The notes beneath the pieces were generated by a model. The model had not been told where the DNA came from, searched no databases, and was given only the letters and a program-made list of their open reading frames with translations. Made by a program: the position numbers and the translations under genes. DNA of 36,372 nt from a virus (Duplodnaviria; Caudoviricetes), in IMG/VR virus record IMGVR_UViG_3300037195_002099, positions 1 to 36,372 of that record. One strand, written 5' to 3'. Shown one piece after another: positions 35,157 to 36,372 of this stretch (position 1 is the stretch's first letter; each line of letters starts with the position of its first letter).

Positions 35157-35656
35157 TGAAAGCCCTAATCGGTTGGAAAGGGTACGTGGCTGCTGCTGTT
35201 CTGGCTGGGGTGGCCGCCTGGGTCGTCCAGGGCTGGCGATACGATGCAAAGATCAGTCGCCTTGAGACGGCCCAGGCAACCGCGCTGGCCAATGCCCAGG
35301 ACAAAGCGCGAAAAATTGAACAGGCCAGTGTCGCCGCAATTGAAGGAGTAGTGAAAAATGCTGATGAAGAAATTGCGGTCGTTCGGGCTGAAGCTGACGC
35401 CGCTGTTGATAGTGCTAAGCGGTTGCGCACAGAAGTTACCCGTTTACGTCGAGCCGCCGAGAATGCCGCCGTTGCCAGCGCAGGCCAGGGTCAGTCAAGT
35501 GCCGACCCCATCGGCGTGCTTGCCGTCGTGCTTAGCGAACTTGACGACAGAGCGGGGGAAGTGGGCCGATACGCTGACCGGCTCAAAGTAGCCGGGCTGG
35601 CGTGTGAAAAGGCTTACGATAGCGTCCGCAGCGTTCAAGATACTCATTCGCAATGA
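35153..35656 (+). CDS. Rz-like inner-membrane spanin (DUF2514-like)
   Basis: N-terminal TM, coiled coil, YADRLKVAGLACEKAYD. Confidence 0.85.
   Translation: MMKALIGWKGYVAAAVLAGVAAWVVQGWRYDAKISRLETAQATALANAQDKARKIEQASVAAIEGVVKNADEEIAVVRAEADAAVDSAKRLRTEVTRLRRAAENAAVASAGQGQSSADPIGVLAVVLSELDDRAGEVGRYADRLKVAGLACEKAYDSVRSVQDTHSQ
35358..35591 (+). CDS. Rz1-like outer-membrane lipoprotein spanin, embedded in Rz
   Basis: GAAGGAG RBS, signal peptide with LSGC lipobox, Pro-rich mature part, +1 frame inside Rz. Confidence 0.85.
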   Translation: MLMKKLRSFGLKLTPLLIVLSGCAQKLPVYVEPPRMPPLPAQARVSQVPTPSACLPSCLANLTTERGKWADTLTGSK

Positions 35657-35677
35657 TACGTTTGGAGCGCTTTGTGA

Positions 35678-36154
35678 TTAGGGCTGTTCGCTTGCCCATT
35701 GCGCACGAAGCTGGGGCGAGTCCTCTTGATGTGTTAACTTGCGCCACGCCTCGTAGGCCCCAGCATTCAGCATGCTGGCCTCAATCTCAACAACATCAAT
35801 CAGTGCCCACCGTGCCCGAGCAATTGCTGCTGCGTGAAATGTAGTCGGCAGGCCTTGCATATTGGGTTGATAACGAGCAAGGTCTTCATCGTCAGCGTAG
35901 CGCACGACCGGCACCGTCCCATTCGGGACCCCATGTTCTGAAACGATGCTGTTAACTTGATCGATTAGATTTTTTGACATTTCTAGAGATGCCTTCTCAA
36001 GTTCTCTGATTGCCGTTGCCACCTGTGTTGGTACGGTATTGCGCCCGGACTCCCAATGTCGAACAGTGCGCTCTTGTACGTCGCAAAATTTAGCGAACCA
36101 TGGAACCGAAAGGCCCAGGGCCTCTCGGATTGTTTTTAATGTGGCCCCGTTCAT
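35678..36154 (-). CDS. Aca2/DUF1870(YdiL)-like HTH regulator
   Basis: MNGATLKTIREALGLSVPWFAKFCDVQERTVRHWESGRNTVP HTH plus C-terminal VVRYADDEDL...FHAAAIARA region. Confidence 0.72.
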   Translation of the reverse strand: MNGATLKTIREALGLSVPWFAKFCDVQERTVRHWESGRNTVPTQVATAIRELEKASLEMSKNLIDQVNSIVSEHGVPNGTVPVVRYADDEDLARYQPNMQGLPTTFHAAAIARARWALIDVVEIEASMLNAGAYEAWRKLTHQEDSPQLRAQWASEQP

Positions 36155-36372
36155 ACTTGTGGATTCGGGTTCGTGTAGCTGCGTTGACCACATGCTTGAG
36201 CAACTTTTCGTGCTGGCTTGTTAGCGTTGGCATAGAAAAAATGAAGGTCTTTTGCATCCAGCCCTTTCAGGCCCGACCATTGCGCTTCGATTACCTGGCC
36301 AGCTGTCCAGCCTTCAAATTTACGGATACCTTTTGATAAGGTGGTCAGTGCGTCGTTTCGTGTCATGCTCAT
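36151..36372 (-). CDS. Small orphan protein coupled to the Aca2-like gene
   Basis: 73 aa; its TGA overlaps the HTH gene ATG (ATGA); start lies at the window edge. Confidence 0.65.
   Translation of the reverse strand: MSMTRNDALTTLSKGIRKFEGWTAGQVIEAQWSGLKGLDAKDLHFFYANANKPARKVAQACGQRSYTNPNPQV

Larger units (their letters stand above)
1..36372. mobile_element. Temperate prophage (lambdoid control region, HK97-like head, Mu/SfV-like contractile tail); integrase and att sites not in window
   Basis: Continuous phage gene order: early-left genes, cI/cro, cII, Q, HNH, terminase, portal, protease, capsid, neck, sheath/tube, baseplate, fibre, lysis. Confidence 0.96.

Noticed and set aside
1-36372. att sites, tRNA genes, IS elements
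   Set aside because: None recognisable; the window starts and ends at gene boundaries, so att sites probably lie outside

Overview
The window is an almost complete temperate prophage; the integrase is probably just off the left edge, next to a DUF4224-like gene. It has a lambdoid immunity region (cI/cro, five GTAGC-N5-GCTAC operator-like sites), a Q-like antiterminator, an HK97-type head, a Mu/SfV-type contractile tail and a lysis cassette. It carries two independent hypervariation systems. (1) A complete diversity-generating retroelement (RT, Avd, a ~96-bp template repeat) sits in the early left operon. It targets two tandem small DUF1566/CLec-like proteins, and all 18 TR/VR mismatches fall at TR adenines. 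(2) A tail-fibre shufflon has eight alternative C-terminal tips in four invertible segments, eight CTGCAAATGC(G/A) crossover cores and an adjacent Rci-like tyrosine recombinase. At the right end a 73-aa orphan gene is coupled to an Aca2/DUF1870-like HTH gene, a candidate anti-CRISPR/anti-defence locus. All family assignments come from motif recognition by eye; no searches were run.
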